Shown: positions 1 to 21,453, counted from the stretch's first letter. The stretch is DNA of 53,047 nt from Candidatus Eiseniibacteriota bacterium (GCA_044222065.1 JBGAOA010000025.1:1-53047); one strand, 5' to 3'. The notes: generated from the letters alone by a model not told the origin. Program-made: numbers and translations.

Positions 1-1
1 A

Positions 2-142
2 ATGGTGATGCCGGGAGACAACCTGGACGGCATGACGGTGGAACTGATCACGCCGGTGGCGATGGAAGACGGACTGCGGTTCGCGATCCGCGAGGGCGGC
101 CGTACGGTCGGCGCGGGCGTCGTCACCCAGATCCTCCAGTAG
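2..142 (+). CDS. tuf: Elongation factor Tu, 3' end of a first copy (partial, runs off window start)
   Basis: Translates [46 protein letters not shown]; nt 1-140 are identical to 16794-16933 of the full tuf copy. Confidence 0.97.
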   Translation: MVMPGDNLDGMTVELITPVAMEDGLRFAIREGGRTVGAGVVTQILQ

Positions 143-156
143 AGAGGTAACGAATC

Positions 157-306
157 ATGCGCGATCAGGTCACGCTCGCCTGCAACGACTGCAAGAACCG
201 CAACTACATCACGAAGAAGAACAAGCGACTGCATCCGGACCGGATGGAGACGAAGAAGTACTGCCCCACCTGCCGGAAGCACACGTCGCACAAGGAATCG
301 AAGTAA
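157..306 (+). CDS. rpmG: 50S ribosomal protein L33 (zinc-ribbon type)
   Basis: Not in ORF track; read manually as [49 protein letters not shown], with two CxxC motifs, GAGG SD and canonical tuf-rpmG-tRNA-secE position. Confidence 0.96.
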   Translation: MRDQVTLACNDCKNRNYITKKNKRLHPDRMETKKYCPTCRKHTSHKESK

Positions 307-316
307 CGATCGAGGC

Positions 317-394
317 AGGCCTGTAGCTCAGCCTGGCTAGAGCACCGGTCTCCAAAACCGGGTGTCGGGGGTTCGAATCCCTCCAGGCCTGCCA
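317..394 (+). tRNA. tRNA-Trp (CCA)
   Basis: Acceptor stem AGGCCTG/CAGGCCT, anticodon arm CCGGT-CTCCAAA-ACCGG, T-loop GTTCGAATC, encoded 3' CCA. Confidence 0.97.
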
Positions 395-449
395 GTTCTT
401 GGTCCGGCTCAGGGGACGACGCCGGACGCCACATTCAGAGGCAACGACC

Positions 450-641
450 ATGTCGTGGATCACGGCGGTTCAGGAGTTCGCCAAAGACGTTCGCGCGGAG
501 TCGGAGAAGATCAGCTGGCCGACCCGGCGTGAGCTTCGGGATTCGACCGTGGTCGTGATCGTCACGATCCTGCTCGTGTCGATCTTCATCGGCATCGTCG
601 ATCGCGCGCTCACGTTCCTCGTGGGACTGCTGTTCCGGTGA
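450..641 (+). CDS. secE: Preprotein translocase subunit SecE
   Basis: Motif E.EKISWPTRREL followed by a single TM helix; upstream of nusG; ATG at 450 preferred over 399. Confidence 0.95.
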   Translation: MSWITAVQEFAKDVRAESEKISWPTRRELRDSTVVVIVTILLVSIFIGIVDRALTFLVGLLFR

Positions 642-688
642 CGGACCTCGAGGTGCGCACCGAGTCCGGGCGCACGGCGGAAGGAACC

Positions 689-1219
689 ATGGAGAAGAAG
701 TGGTACGTGATCCATACGTACTCGGGTCACGAAAACAAGGTGAAGACGAACCTCGAGAAGGCGATCCACTCGGCCGCGCTGGAAGACCAGTTCGGGCAGA
801 TCCTGGTCGCCACCGAGGAGTTCGTCGAGATGAAGGACGGGAAGCGCAAGACGTCGCGAAGGAAGACCTTCCCTTCGTACGTCATGGTCGAGATGGCGCT
901 GACGAACGAGTCGCGCTACCTCGTCCAGAACGTTCCGGGCGTGACCCGCTTCATCGGTTCCGGACAGAGCGCCGTCGCACTCAAGGAAAACGAGGTGCGT
1001 CGCATCCTCGGTCAGATGGAGCAGACGAAGAGCAAGCCGGCGCCGACCGTGACGTTCCGCGTCGGCGACCACGTGCGCGTGGTGGACGGTCCGTTCAGCG
1101 CGTTCACCGGCGTCGTGGACGAAGTGAACAACGAACGCGGGAAGATCAAGGTGATGGTGAGCATCTTCGGGCGCGCGACGCCGGTCGAGCTCGACTTCCT
1201 GCAGGTGCAGCCGGTCTGA
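689..1219 (+). CDS. nusG: Transcription termination/antitermination factor NusG
   Basis: [16 protein letters not shown]-terminus, KOW motif, [15 protein letters not shown] at 689 has an AGGA SD (alternative GTG start at 638). Confidence 0.97.
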   Translation: MEKKWYVIHTYSGHENKVKTNLEKAIHSAALEDQFGQILVATEEFVEMKDGKRKTSRRKTFPSYVMVEMALTNESRYLVQNVPGVTRFIGSGQSAVALKENEVRRILGQMEQTKSKPAPTVTFRVGDHVRVVDGPFSAFTGVVDEVNNERGKIKVMVSIFGRATPVELDFLQVQPV

Positions 1220-1253
1220 CCGGCCTTTCGATCCGAAGTCGAGGAGAAGCGTC

Positions 1254-1679
1254 ATGGCGAAGCCGGTTCAGGCGATGGTGAAGCTGCAGTGCAACGCGGG
1301 CAACGCGACCCCGGCCCCGCCCGTGGGTCCTGCGCTCGGACAGCACGGCATCAACATCATGGAGTTCTGCAAGCAGTTCAACGCGAGAACGCAGCACCAG
1401 GCCGGGCTCGTGATCCCGGTCGTCATCACGGTCTACAACGACCGCTCGTTCACGTTCATCACGAAGACGCCGCCCGCGGCGGTGCTGCTCAAGCGCGCCG
1501 CCGGACTCGCGAAGGGTTCGGGCGTGCCGAACCGCACGAAGGTCGGAAGCGTCACGAAGGCGCAGGTGCGCGAAATCGCCGAGCTGAAGGCCCCCGATCT
1601 GAACTCCGCGTCGGTCGAAGCAGCCGAGCGGATGGTCATGGGCACCGCCCGCAGCATGGGCATCGAGATCTCGGGCTAA
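1254..1679 (+). CDS. rplK: 50S ribosomal protein L11
   Basis: [27 protein letters not shown] motif. Confidence 0.98.
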   Translation: MAKPVQAMVKLQCNAGNATPAPPVGPALGQHGINIMEFCKQFNARTQHQAGLVIPVVITVYNDRSFTFITKTPPAAVLLKRAAGLAKGSGVPNRTKVGSVTKAQVREIAELKAPDLNSASVEAAERMVMGTARSMGIEISG

Positions 1680-1736
1680 CGCCCGGGCACGCGGCGGCGC
1701 GCGATCGGCGCGACGGCGCAGGAGGGAAGGAACCGA

Positions 1737-1937
1737 ATGGTTCGCCTGGACAAGGAAGCCGCTGAACAGCTGCTCAAGGGGAAGAGCCCGCGCGAGATCT
1801 ACGACATCGTGCGAGAGAAGGTCTCGGCTGCCCCGGGGGCCAGCATCAACGACTTCTTCGACACGCTCGACTGGGTGGTTTCCGAAGGCTACGCCACCGA
1901 GGCCGAGCTCGAAGCGGTCGAGGAAGAGAACGGCTAA
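1737..1937 (+). CDS. Hypothetical 66-aa acidic protein inserted between rplK and rplA
   Basis: Purine-rich SD (GGAGGGAAGGA), ATG start, host-like C/G-ending codons; no family recognised. Confidence 0.75.
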   Translation: MVRLDKEAAEQLLKGKSPREIYDIVREKVSAAPGASINDFFDTLDWVVSEGYATEAELEAVEEENG

Positions 1938-2055
1938 GACGGCCGGTCGTTTCGGTCGTCGTCGCGCCCCGCGCCGGGCGCGACCACCGGTCACACGGTC
2001 GATGCGCGAGCATCGGACGTTCGCCGGCGAGACGGGCGCGTCGAGTCTCAATACA

Positions 2056-2096
2056 CGTGGGAGTGGCGAAGTGGTCGTCGCCACGTTCGCACCACG
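2056..2096 (+). promoter_or_regulatory. Putative L1-binding autoregulatory mRNA element upstream of rplA
   Basis: CGTGG-GA-GTGGCGA...TCGCCAC-GTTCGCA-CCACG forms two helices around an asymmetric internal loop (GUGGGAG...ACCAC pattern), abutting the rplA SD. Confidence 0.7.
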
Positions 2097-2105
2097 GGAG
2101 GATGC

Positions 2106-2813
2106 ATGAAGCGTGGCAAGCGCTACCGCGTGGCGTTCGATCTCGCCAGCAAGGCCGGTGAGGTGAAGGACCTCGCCGAGGCCGTTCGGCTGGTGAAGCA
2201 GACCGCCCGCGCGAAGTTCGACGAGACGATCGTGATTTCGTCGCACCTCGGCGTGGACCCGCGGCATTCCGATCAGCTCGTGCGCGGCACCATCGTGCTG
2301 CCGCACGGCACCGGAAAGAGCCTGCGGGTGCTCGTGCTCGCGAAGGGCGAGAAGGAGAAGGAAGCCCTCGCTGCGGGCGCCGATTTCGCGGGTGCCGACG
2401 AATACGTCAAGAAGATCCAGGACGGCTGGCTCGATGTCGACGCCATCGTCGCCACTCCGGACATGATGGGAGAGGTCGGAAAGCTCGGGCGCGTGCTCGG
2501 GCCGCGCGGCCTCATGCCGAATCCGAAGAGCGGCACCGTCACGTTCGACGTCGCGAAGGCGGTCAAGGAACTGAAGGCCGGCAAGATCGAGTTCCGCGTC
2601 GACAAGGGCGCGAACGTCCATGCCCCGGTCGGCAAGGCTTCGTTCTCCGAGGACAAGCTCCTCGAGAACGCGCGAGCGTTCCTCAGGGAACTCGTGCGCG
2701 CGAAGCCGGCCGCGTCCAAGGGCCACTACATCAAGAGCCTGACCATGAGCGCCACGATGGGTCCGGGGATCACCCTGGATGCGACGGCGGTCACGGCGGA
2801 CCTCAGTCACTAG
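2106..2813 (+). CDS. rplA: 50S ribosomal protein L1
   Basis: AKFDET, LPHGTGK and [16 protein letters not shown] motifs. Confidence 0.98.
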   Translation: MKRGKRYRVAFDLASKAGEVKDLAEAVRLVKQTARAKFDETIVISSHLGVDPRHSDQLVRGTIVLPHGTGKSLRVLVLAKGEKEKEALAAGADFAGADEYVKKIQDGWLDVDAIVATPDMMGEVGKLGRVLGPRGLMPNPKSGTVTFDVAKAVKELKAGKIEFRVDKGANVHAPVGKASFSEDKLLENARAFLRELVRAKPAASKGHYIKSLTMSATMGPGITLDATAVTADLSH

Positions 2814-2822
2814 GAGGACGCG

Positions 2823-3347
2823 ATGCCGACCCCGCAGAAAGCACAGATCATCCAGGACACCCAGACGCGCCTCGAGGGCGTTCGCGGCATCTTCCTCGCG
2901 GACTTCAGCGGCATGAGCGTCGAGAAGCTCTCGCTGCTGCGCAAGAAGTGCCGTGAACAGCAGGTCCAGTTCCACGTGGTCAAGAACACGTTCCTCAAGC
3001 GCGCGTTCAATGCCCACGGCATCAGCGAACTCGACCCGTTCCTCGTCGGCAACACGGGGCTCGTGTTTAGCCCGGTCAGCGAGATGGGCCCGGCGAAGAT
3101 CCTCGCGGACTTCGCCAAGGAGCACGAGAAGCCGCGCATCAAGGCGGCGGTCGTGGACGGCCGTCTGTTCGACGAGAAGGCCGTTGCGGTGCTCGCCACG
3201 CTGCCGAGCCGCGAGGTCCTGCTCCAGCAGGTGCTGGGCACGATCATCGCGCCGATGACGACGTTCCTCGCCGCGATCGACGCCACGTTGCGGCTGCCGG
3301 CCACGATGGCCGACGTGCTCGAGCGCGAAAAACAGAAAGCATCCTGA
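2823..3347 (+). CDS. rplJ: 50S ribosomal protein L10
   Basis: VVKNT and LATLPSREVLL motifs; position between rplA and rplL. Confidence 0.96.
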   Translation: MPTPQKAQIIQDTQTRLEGVRGIFLADFSGMSVEKLSLLRKKCREQQVQFHVVKNTFLKRAFNAHGISELDPFLVGNTGLVFSPVSEMGPAKILADFAKEHEKPRIKAAVVDGRLFDEKAVAVLATLPSREVLLQQVLGTIIAPMTTFLAAIDATLRLPATMADVLEREKQKAS

Positions 3348-3434
3348 GACCGACGACCGGCATTCGCCGGCTGAACCCACTTTCTTTGAAAAACCCGCCG
3401 GGCGACCCGGCAAGCAAGAAGGAGATTCACGACC

Positions 3435-3812
3435 ATGTCGACCGCGATTGACCAGGTGCTGGACCTGATCGGAAACATGACCGTTCTCGAGCTCGCCGAG
3501 CTCAAGAAGAAGTACGAGGACAAGTTCGGCGTGACGGCGGCCGCTCCCATGATGGCGATGCCGATGGGCGGCGGCGGTGCCGCGGCCGCGGTCGAGGAGA
3601 AGACGGAGTTCACCGTCGTCCTCTCGGCGGCCGGCGACAAGAAGATCCAGGTCATCAAGGTGGTTCGTGAGCTCACCGGCCTCGGTCTGAAGGAAGCGAA
3701 GGACCTGGTGGATGGCGCTCCGAAGACCCTCAAGGATGGTGTCAGCAAGGACGACGCGGCCAAGATGAAGGCCGCGCTCGAAGAGCAGGGCGCGACGATC
3801 GAGATCAAGTAG
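3435..3812 (+). CDS. rplL: 50S ribosomal protein L7/L12
   Basis: [33 protein letters not shown]. Confidence 0.98.
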   Translation: MSTAIDQVLDLIGNMTVLELAELKKKYEDKFGVTAAAPMMAMPMGGGGAAAAVEEKTEFTVVLSAAGDKKIQVIKVVRELTGLGLKEAKDLVDGAPKTLKDGVSKDDAAKMKAALEEQGATIEIK

Positions 3813-3852
3813 GCCACGTTGATCGCGTTGCGCGTTCGCTGAATCCCGGCGC

Positions 3853-3896
3853 GGGGCCCGGTGCACACCGGGCCCCCCGCGGGCGCTTCCCTTTTT
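3853..3896 (+). terminator. Possible attenuator/terminator between rplL and rpoB
   Basis: 10-bp stem GGGGCCCGGT/ACCGGGCCCC with a 4-nt loop; the T-run (3892-3896) is offset from the stem. Confidence 0.45.
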
Positions 3897-3948
3897 CGTC
3901 TGAAGCGTGCCGCTGTCGTCGGCTCTCTCCCCCAAGGAGAAAGGCGGG

Positions 3949-7824
<3,876 letters not shown>

Positions 7825-7868
7825 GCGGGTCGCGAACCCGTGGTGAGTGACCTGCGAAGGAGACACGC

Positions 7869-12080
<4,212 letters not shown>

Positions 12081-12092
12081 TTCGCAACGAAC

Positions 12093-12126
12093 GGCGCCCG
12101 GGTCGATCTCGACCCGGGCGCCTTTT
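12093..12126 (+). terminator. Intrinsic terminator after rpoC
   Basis: Inverted repeat GGCGCCCGGGTCGA/TCGACCCGGGCGCC immediately followed by TTTT. Confidence 0.88.
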
Positions 12127-12253
12127 CATTCCAGGTCCCGGTTTCCGATGGTTCACGCCGGACCAGTTGGATTGCCGATATCCTGCCGGGCGGCGCCGAC
12201 GGGAATCGGACCCGGGACGAGGCGATCGGCCGAACCCCTACGGGAATTGCGGC

Positions 12254-12282
12254 TTGACAGGGTTTGGGCGAATCCCTAGATT
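12254..12282 (+). promoter_or_regulatory. Sigma70-type promoter of the str operon
   Basis: TTGACA-N17-TAGATT, downstream of the rpoC terminator and upstream of rpsL. Confidence 0.85.
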
Positions 12283-12448
12283 CCCCGGCCTGCGCGGCAA
12301 CGGCGCATGCTGTTCCTTCAAGGATGCCGTGGCCTGCCATCGTCCGCGCAAGCTCTGAATTCTCCCAGCGTCCATCACCTCGGCCGGAGACTCTCCGTCT
12401 CGGCGTGGCCGATGATTCGCGCTGCAATGAAAGGTTGGAGGTCTTTCC

Positions 12449-12817
12449 GTGCCGACGCTGAGCCAGCTCGTCCGTCATGGACGCAACCGGCAGAAGTCGA
12501 AGACGGGCGCGCCCGCGCTGAAGTCCTGCCCGCAGAAGCGGGGCGTGTGCACGCGCGTCTACACGACGACGCCCAAGAAGCCGAACTCGGCGCTGCGCAA
12601 GGTGGCGCGCGTGCGGCTGACGAACGGCGTGGAAGTCACCGCGTACATCCCGGGCGAAGGACACAATCTCCAGGAGCACTCGATCGTGCTCATTCGCGGA
12701 GGTCGTGTGAAGGACCTGCCCGGCGTGCGCTACCACATCGTCCGCGGGACGCTGGACGCGAGTGGCGTGAGCGGCCGCAAGCAGAGCCGCTCGAAGTACG
12801 GCACCAAGTCGAAGTGA
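12449..12817 (+). CDS. rpsL: 30S ribosomal protein S12
   Basis: [13 protein letters not shown] and [14 protein letters not shown] start with GGAGG SD. Confidence 0.99.
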   Translation: MPTLSQLVRHGRNRQKSKTGAPALKSCPQKRGVCTRVYTTTPKKPNSALRKVARVRLTNGVEVTAYIPGEGHNLQEHSIVLIRGGRVKDLPGVRYHIVRGTLDASGVSGRKQSRSKYGTKSK

Positions 12818-12899
12818 CGAAGTGCGGCCTCGACGAGGCCGCGTGACGGTCCGCGCGGGCGCATCGCCCGCGGCGGCGTAGCGGTTGAAAGGATCCAGG

Positions 12900-13370
12900 A
12901 TGCCTCGCAAGGGTTTCACCCCTCGTCGGGAATCGGCGCCAGACCCGATGTACGACAGCCTGATGGTGACGCGCTTCATCAACGCGATCATGTACACGGG
13001 CAAGCGGTCGATCGCCGAGCGCGCCTTCTACAACGCGATGAAGATGATCGAGCAGAAGACCGGTCAGGAGGCGATGGCCGTGCTCAAGCAGGCGATGACG
13101 AACGTCAAGCCCGCGCTCGAAGTGAAGTCGCGACGCGTCGGCGGCGCGAACTACCAGGTCCCGGTCGAGGTGCGCCCCGAGCGGCGCAACGCGCTCGCGA
13201 CCCGCTGGATCATCATCAACGCGCGTGCGCGAAACGACCAGACGTTCGCCGAGAAGTTCGCCGCCGAGATCATCGCCGCCTCGCGCAACGAGGGTGGTGC
13301 GGTGAAGAAGCGGGAAGACACGCACAAGATGGCGGAGGCCAACAAGGCCTTCGCGCACTATCGCTGGTAA
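12900..13370 (+). CDS. rpsG: 30S ribosomal protein S7
   Basis: EVKSRRVGGANYQVPVEV and HKMAEANKAFAHYRW. Confidence 0.98.
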   Translation: MPRKGFTPRRESAPDPMYDSLMVTRFINAIMYTGKRSIAERAFYNAMKMIEQKTGQEAMAVLKQAMTNVKPALEVKSRRVGGANYQVPVEVRPERRNALATRWIIINARARNDQTFAEKFAAEIIAASRNEGGAVKKREDTHKMAEANKAFAHYRW

Positions 13371-13575
13371 GCCTCACCACTCCCGGCCGGTTCGCCGGCC
13401 AAGCCATCGACGGGTGAAGGCCTCCTTCGGGCGGCCTGGATACGATCGCCGGACTCGCTAACGGCTCGCGTCTGAACACTGCGGATGGCCCCGTCGTTCA
13501 TCACTGCGCTTTCTAGACCAGAAAGGCGGGTGGTGCGTTCGGTCTGACACATCTTCACCAAGGATCCGCCAGGAC

Positions 13576-15654
<2,079 letters not shown>

Positions 15655-15735
15655 GAACGAAGCGCGGCGCTTCCGCACGGCGGTGAGCGCCCCGGACGAA
15701 TACAGCGGAACCCTCACACGGAGGAACCTGGGACC

Positions 15736-16935
<1,200 letters not shown>

Positions 16936-16942
16936 GGTCGTG

Positions 16943-17248
<306 letters not shown>

Positions 17249-17324
17249 GGGAGGTCGGCGCAGCGGGCCGGAGGCGATCGGGGATCAACCCCGCGCCACG
17301 GATGGCCGCGCGTGGACGGACGAC

Positions 17325-17948
17325 ATGATCGGACTGATTGGCAAGAAAATCGGAATGACCCAGCTCTTCAGTGAGCAGGGCGAAGCGGTGCCGGTGACCG
17401 TCATCGAGGCGGGCCCCTGCACGATCACGGAGCTGCGGACGCTCGAGCGCGACGGCTACAACGCCGTTCAACTCGGCTTCGGCACGAACAAGGAGAAGCG
17501 CTTCACGAAGCCGCTCCTCGGCCAGTTCAAGAAGCGCAACCTGCCCCCGTCGCGGCACGTCAAGGAATTCCGCGTCGAGGGTGTGGACGGCTTCTCGGTC
17601 GGCCAGACGCTCACGGTGTCGCTGTTCGAAGCCGGACGGCACGTCGACGTTCAGGGCGTGACGAAGGGGCGCGGATTCCAGGGTGTCATCAAACGCCACG
17701 GCTTCCGCGGCGGCCAGGCCTCGCACGGACCGACGATGGGACGCGAGCCCGGTTCGATCGGCGCCTCCGCGTATCCGTCGCGCGTCATCAAGGGCAAACG
17801 GCTGCCCGGCCACATGGGATCCGAAAACCTCACCATCAAGAACCTCGAAGTGGTGGCGATCGATCCCGAGCAGAACACGCTGATGGTGCGCGGCGCCGTT
17901 CCCGGCCCGGCCAACGGGATCGTGTTCATCAAGAAGAGGGACGACTAG
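17325..17948 (+). CDS. rplC: 50S ribosomal protein L3
   Basis: GKKIGMTQ, TKGRGFQGVIKRH. Confidence 0.98.
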   Translation: MIGLIGKKIGMTQLFSEQGEAVPVTVIEAGPCTITELRTLERDGYNAVQLGFGTNKEKRFTKPLLGQFKKRNLPPSRHVKEFRVEGVDGFSVGQTLTVSLFEAGRHVDVQGVTKGRGFQGVIKRHGFRGGQASHGPTMGREPGSIGASAYPSRVIKGKRLPGHMGSENLTIKNLEVVAIDPEQNTLMVRGAVPGPANGIVFIKKRDD

Positions 17949-17949
17949 C

Positions 17950-18576
17950 ATGAACGCTCGGATCGTCACTCAGGACGGCAACGAGAAGGGCCAGGGCGTG
18001 CTGCCGGTCGAACTGTTCGGCCAGCAGGTCAACGAGCACCTGCTGTGGCTCGCGGTGAAGCGCTACCTCGGCAATCAGCGCGAGGGCAACGCGAAGGTCA
18101 AGAACAAGGCGGCGGTGTCCGGCGGCGGCAAGAAGCCCTTCAAGCAGAAGGGCACCGGCCGCGCCCGCCAGGGTTCGAACACGTCTCCGCTCATGCCGGG
18201 CGGCGGTCGTGCGTTCGGCCCGCGTCCGCGCGACTACCGCACGGAACTGCCTAAGTCGCAGAAGCGCGCGGCGCTGACGTCGGCGCTGTCGCTCAAGGCG
18301 AACGAGAACGCGGTGACGATCCTCGAGTCGCTGGCGCTCGGCGCTCCGAAGACGAAGAGCGTCGCGACGCTGCTCGGCAAGATCGGCCTCGGCGGCAAGC
18401 GCACGCTGCTCGTGCTCGACCAGGCGGATCCCAACGTCGTGAAGTCGTGCCGCAACATCGACGGTCTCACCACGCTGCTCGCGCATCAGCTCAACGCGTA
18501 TCAGCTGGTCGTGTCGGACGCGCTGGTCGTGACGTCGAAGGGTCTCGAGCGGATGAAGGAGGTCTACGCCAAATGA
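17950..18576 (+). CDS. rplD: 50S ribosomal protein L4
   Basis: KPFKQKGTGRARQGS. Confidence 0.98.
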   Translation: MNARIVTQDGNEKGQGVLPVELFGQQVNEHLLWLAVKRYLGNQREGNAKVKNKAAVSGGGKKPFKQKGTGRARQGSNTSPLMPGGGRAFGPRPRDYRTELPKSQKRAALTSALSLKANENAVTILESLALGAPKTKSVATLLGKIGLGGKRTLLVLDQADPNVVKSCRNIDGLTTLLAHQLNAYQLVVSDALVVTSKGLERMKEVYAK

Positions 18577-18863
18577 GAGACGCGAGGACCATCATTCGCA
18601 AGGCCCTGATCACCGAGAAGGGCACGGTGCTGCGCGAAGTGCGCAACCAGTACCTGTTCGAGGTGGCTGTCGACGCGAACCGAATCGAGATCAAGCGCGC
18701 CGTGGAAGAGATCTTCAAGGTCAAGGTCGCGGGCGTGAAGACCATGCAGATGGGCGGAAAGATGAAGCGCCAGGGCCGCTATGCCGGCCGTCGCGCCGAC
18801 TGGAAGAAGGCGATCGTTCGTCTCCAGCCCGATCAGAAGATCGAGCTGTTCGAGCAGATCTAA
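18573..18863 (+). CDS. rplW: 50S ribosomal protein L23
   Basis: ITEK, EIKRAVEEIFKVKV, WKKAIV; ATGA overlap with rplD. Confidence 0.97.
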   Translation: MRDARTIIRKALITEKGTVLREVRNQYLFEVAVDANRIEIKRAVEEIFKVKVAGVKTMQMGGKMKRQGRYAGRRADWKKAIVRLQPDQKIELFEQI

Positions 18864-18878
18864 TCCGAGGACATCCCG

Positions 18879-19703
18879 ATGGGCCTCAAGAAATACCGAC
18901 CGATGACTCCGACGCTCCGGCACACGACGATGCCGGACTATTCGGAGCTGACGCGCAGCCGGCCGCGGAAGTCGCTGACGGAGCGCATCTACAAGACCGG
19001 CGGCCGGAACAACTACGGCCACGTCTCGATGCGCTGGATCAGCGGCGGCCACAAGCAGCGCTACCGGCTCGTGGACTTCCGTCGCGACAAGGACGGCATT
19101 CCGGCGCGCGTCGAGAGCATCGAGTACGACCCGAACCGCTCCGCCCGCATCGCGCTGCTCGTGTACGCGGACGGTGAGCGCCGCTACATCGTCGCGCCCG
19201 ACGGCCTGACCGTCGGAGCGAAGGTGATGTCGGGCGCGGACGCGGACATCGTCGCTGGCAACTGTCTTCCGCTGCGCGCGATTCCGGTCGGCACGAACGT
19301 GCACAACGTCGAACTGCAGCCGGGCCGCCGCTCGCGCATCGCGCGCTCGGCCGGCGCCTACTGCCAGCTCATGGCGAAGGAAGGCGAGTACGCGCAGCTG
19401 CGGCTCCCCTCCGGTGAAGTGCGCAAGTTCCACGTGAACTGTCGCGCGGTCATCGGGCAGGTCGGCAACCTCGATCACGAAAACGTGCAGCTCGGGAAGG
19501 CCGGCCGTTCGCGCTGGCTCGGCCGTGCCCCGAGCGTGCGTGGCGTCGCGATGAACCCGGTGGATCACCCGATGGGCGGCGGCGAGGGCAAGACCTCGGG
19601 CGGCCGTCATCCGTGCTCGCCGTGGGGACAGAACGCCAAGGGACTCAAGACGCGGAAGCGCAAGCTGAGCGACTCGCTCATCGTGCGCCGCCGGAAGAAG
19701 TAG
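18879..19703 (+). CDS. rplB: 50S ribosomal protein L2
   Basis: [26 protein letters not shown]. Confidence 0.99.
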   Translation: MGLKKYRPMTPTLRHTTMPDYSELTRSRPRKSLTERIYKTGGRNNYGHVSMRWISGGHKQRYRLVDFRRDKDGIPARVESIEYDPNRSARIALLVYADGERRYIVAPDGLTVGAKVMSGADADIVAGNCLPLRAIPVGTNVHNVELQPGRRSRIARSAGAYCQLMAKEGEYAQLRLPSGEVRKFHVNCRAVIGQVGNLDHENVQLGKAGRSRWLGRAPSVRGVAMNPVDHPMGGGEGKTSGGRHPCSPWGQNAKGLKTRKRKLSDSLIVRRRKK

Positions 19704-19719
19704 GGAGGACGGTAGCGAC

Positions 19720-20010
19720 ATGGCGCGTTCCATCAAGAAGGGGCCGTACGTCGTCGACTCCCTCGTCAAGAAGATTGAGGGCTTGAACCGCGCGGGTGAG
19801 AAGCGCGTGCTCAAGACCTGGGCGCGACGCTGCACGGTGCTGCCCGAGTTCGTCGGCCACACGCTGGCCGTGCACAACGGCAACAAGTTCATCCCGATCT
19901 ATGTGACCGAGAACATGGTCGGCCACAAGCTCGGGGAGTTCGTTCCGACCCGTGTCTTCCGCGGTCACGGTGAAAAGGCGGCCGAGAAGACCGCGGCGCC
20001 AGGGAAGTGA
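19720..20010 (+). CDS. rpsS: 30S ribosomal protein S19
   Basis: [16 protein letters not shown]. Confidence 0.98.
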   Translation: MARSIKKGPYVVDSLVKKIEGLNRAGEKRVLKTWARRCTVLPEFVGHTLAVHNGNKFIPIYVTENMVGHKLGEFVPTRVFRGHGEKAAEKTAAPGK

Positions 20011-20015
20011 CGACC

Positions 20016-20351
20016 ATGCAGGCGAAAGCGATTCAGCGTTACGTGCGGATCTCGCCGCGCAAGTGCAACCAGGTGCTCGAGCTCATCCGCGGCCGCAGTG
20101 TCGAGGATGCGCAGACCACGCTTCAGTTCATGCCGAAACTGGGCGCCCGCATCGCCCAGAAGGTGCTGAAGTCGGCGGTCGCGAACGCGCTGCAGGCGGG
20201 CAAGGTTCGACTCGAAGAGCTGTACGTGAAAGAGGCGGTGGCCGGCGACGGCCCGCGCCTCAAGCGCTGGCTCCCTCGCGCTCAGGGCCGCGCCACGCCG
20301 TTGATCAAGCGCATGAGCCACGTCTCCGTGACCGTGGCAACGAAGGACTGA
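20016..20351 (+). CDS. rplV: 50S ribosomal protein L22
   Basis: RISPRK, KVLKSAVANA, PRAQGRA (alternative GTG start at 20007). Confidence 0.97.
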   Translation: MQAKAIQRYVRISPRKCNQVLELIRGRSVEDAQTTLQFMPKLGARIAQKVLKSAVANALQAGKVRLEELYVKEAVAGDGPRLKRWLPRAQGRATPLIKRMSHVSVTVATKD

Positions 20352-20354
20352 CGC

Positions 20355-21017
20355 ATGGGCCAGAAAACCAATCCGACCGGCCTGCGTCTCGGGATCGTCA
20401 AGACCTGGGACTCGCGCTGGTTTGCGAAGCGCGGCTACGCCGAGATGCTCAAAGAGGACCTGCTCATCAAGCGGTACCTCAAGAAGCGTCTCTACCAGGC
20501 CGGCATCTCCCGCATCACGATCGAGCGCAAGGGCGACAAGGTCACGATCGGCATCAAGACCGCGCGTCCGGGCCTCGTGATCGGCCGCAAGGGCGAGCAG
20601 GTCGACAAGCTCTCCGAGGAGATGAAGCAGCTCACGAAGAAGGTCGTGCAGCTGAACATCGAGGAGATCAAGCGGGCCGACCTCGACGCGCAACTCGTCG
20701 CGGAGCACATCGCGAAGCAGCTCGAGCAGCGCGTGTCGTTCCGTCGCGCCATGAAGAAGGCGATCGCGTCGTCCATGCGCGCCGGCGCGAAGGGTATCCG
20801 CGTCTGCTGCACGGGCCGCCTCGGCGGCTCGGAAATGGCGCGCTTCGAGACGTATCGCGAAGGCCGCGTTCCGCTCCACACGCTTCGTGCCGACATCGAT
20901 TTCGCGCGCGCGACGGCGTTCACGCCCTACGGCACGTGCGGCGTGAAGGTGTGGATGTTCCACGGTGAAGTGCTCGACAAGCCGGCGGCCGGCGTTCCGG
21001 CCACGGCGACCCGCTAG
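20355..21017 (+). CDS. rpsC: 30S ribosomal protein S3
   Basis: [26 protein letters not shown]. Confidence 0.98.
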   Translation: MGQKTNPTGLRLGIVKTWDSRWFAKRGYAEMLKEDLLIKRYLKKRLYQAGISRITIERKGDKVTIGIKTARPGLVIGRKGEQVDKLSEEMKQLTKKVVQLNIEEIKRADLDAQLVAEHIAKQLEQRVSFRRAMKKAIASSMRAGAKGIRVCCTGRLGGSEMARFETYREGRVPLHTLRADIDFARATAFTPYGTCGVKVWMFHGEVLDKPAAGVPATATR

Positions 21018-21029
21018 GAGGATCGAAGC

Positions 21030-21452
21030 ATGTTGATGCCGAAGCGGGTCAAGTACCGCAAGCAGCAGCGCGGTCGCATGAACGGAAAGGCGTACCGCGG
21101 ATCGGCGGTCGCGTTCGGGGAGTTCGGTCTGCAGGCGCTCGAGCCCGCGTGGGTCACGAGCCGCCAGATCGAGGCCGCGCGCGTCGCGATCACGCGCAGC
21201 ATCAAGCGCGGCGGCAAGGTGTGGATCCGGGTGTTCCCGGACAAGCCGTACACGAAGAAGCCGGCCGAGACCCGAATGGGCACCGGCAAGGGCTCGCCCG
21301 AAGGGTGGGTCGCGGTGATCAAGCCGGGTCGCGTGCTGTTCGAGCTCGAGGGCATCTCGCGCGAAGCGGCGCAGGGCGCCATGAAGCTCGGCGCCTCGAA
21401 GCTCCCGATCCGCACGCGCTTCGTCGAGCGGCACGAGCTGGGAGGAGAGTGA
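21030..21452 (+). CDS. rplP: 50S ribosomal protein L16
   Basis: [18 protein letters not shown]. Confidence 0.98.
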   Translation: MLMPKRVKYRKQQRGRMNGKAYRGSAVAFGEFGLQALEPAWVTSRQIEAARVAITRSIKRGGKVWIRVFPDKPYTKKPAETRMGTGKGSPEGWVAVIKPGRVLFELEGISREAAQGAMKLGASKLPIRTRFVERHELGGE

Positions 21453-21453
21453 C

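Noticed and set aside
12449..12817. Streptomycin-resistance substitutions in S12
   Set aside because: TPKKPNSA and RVKDLPG are wild-type
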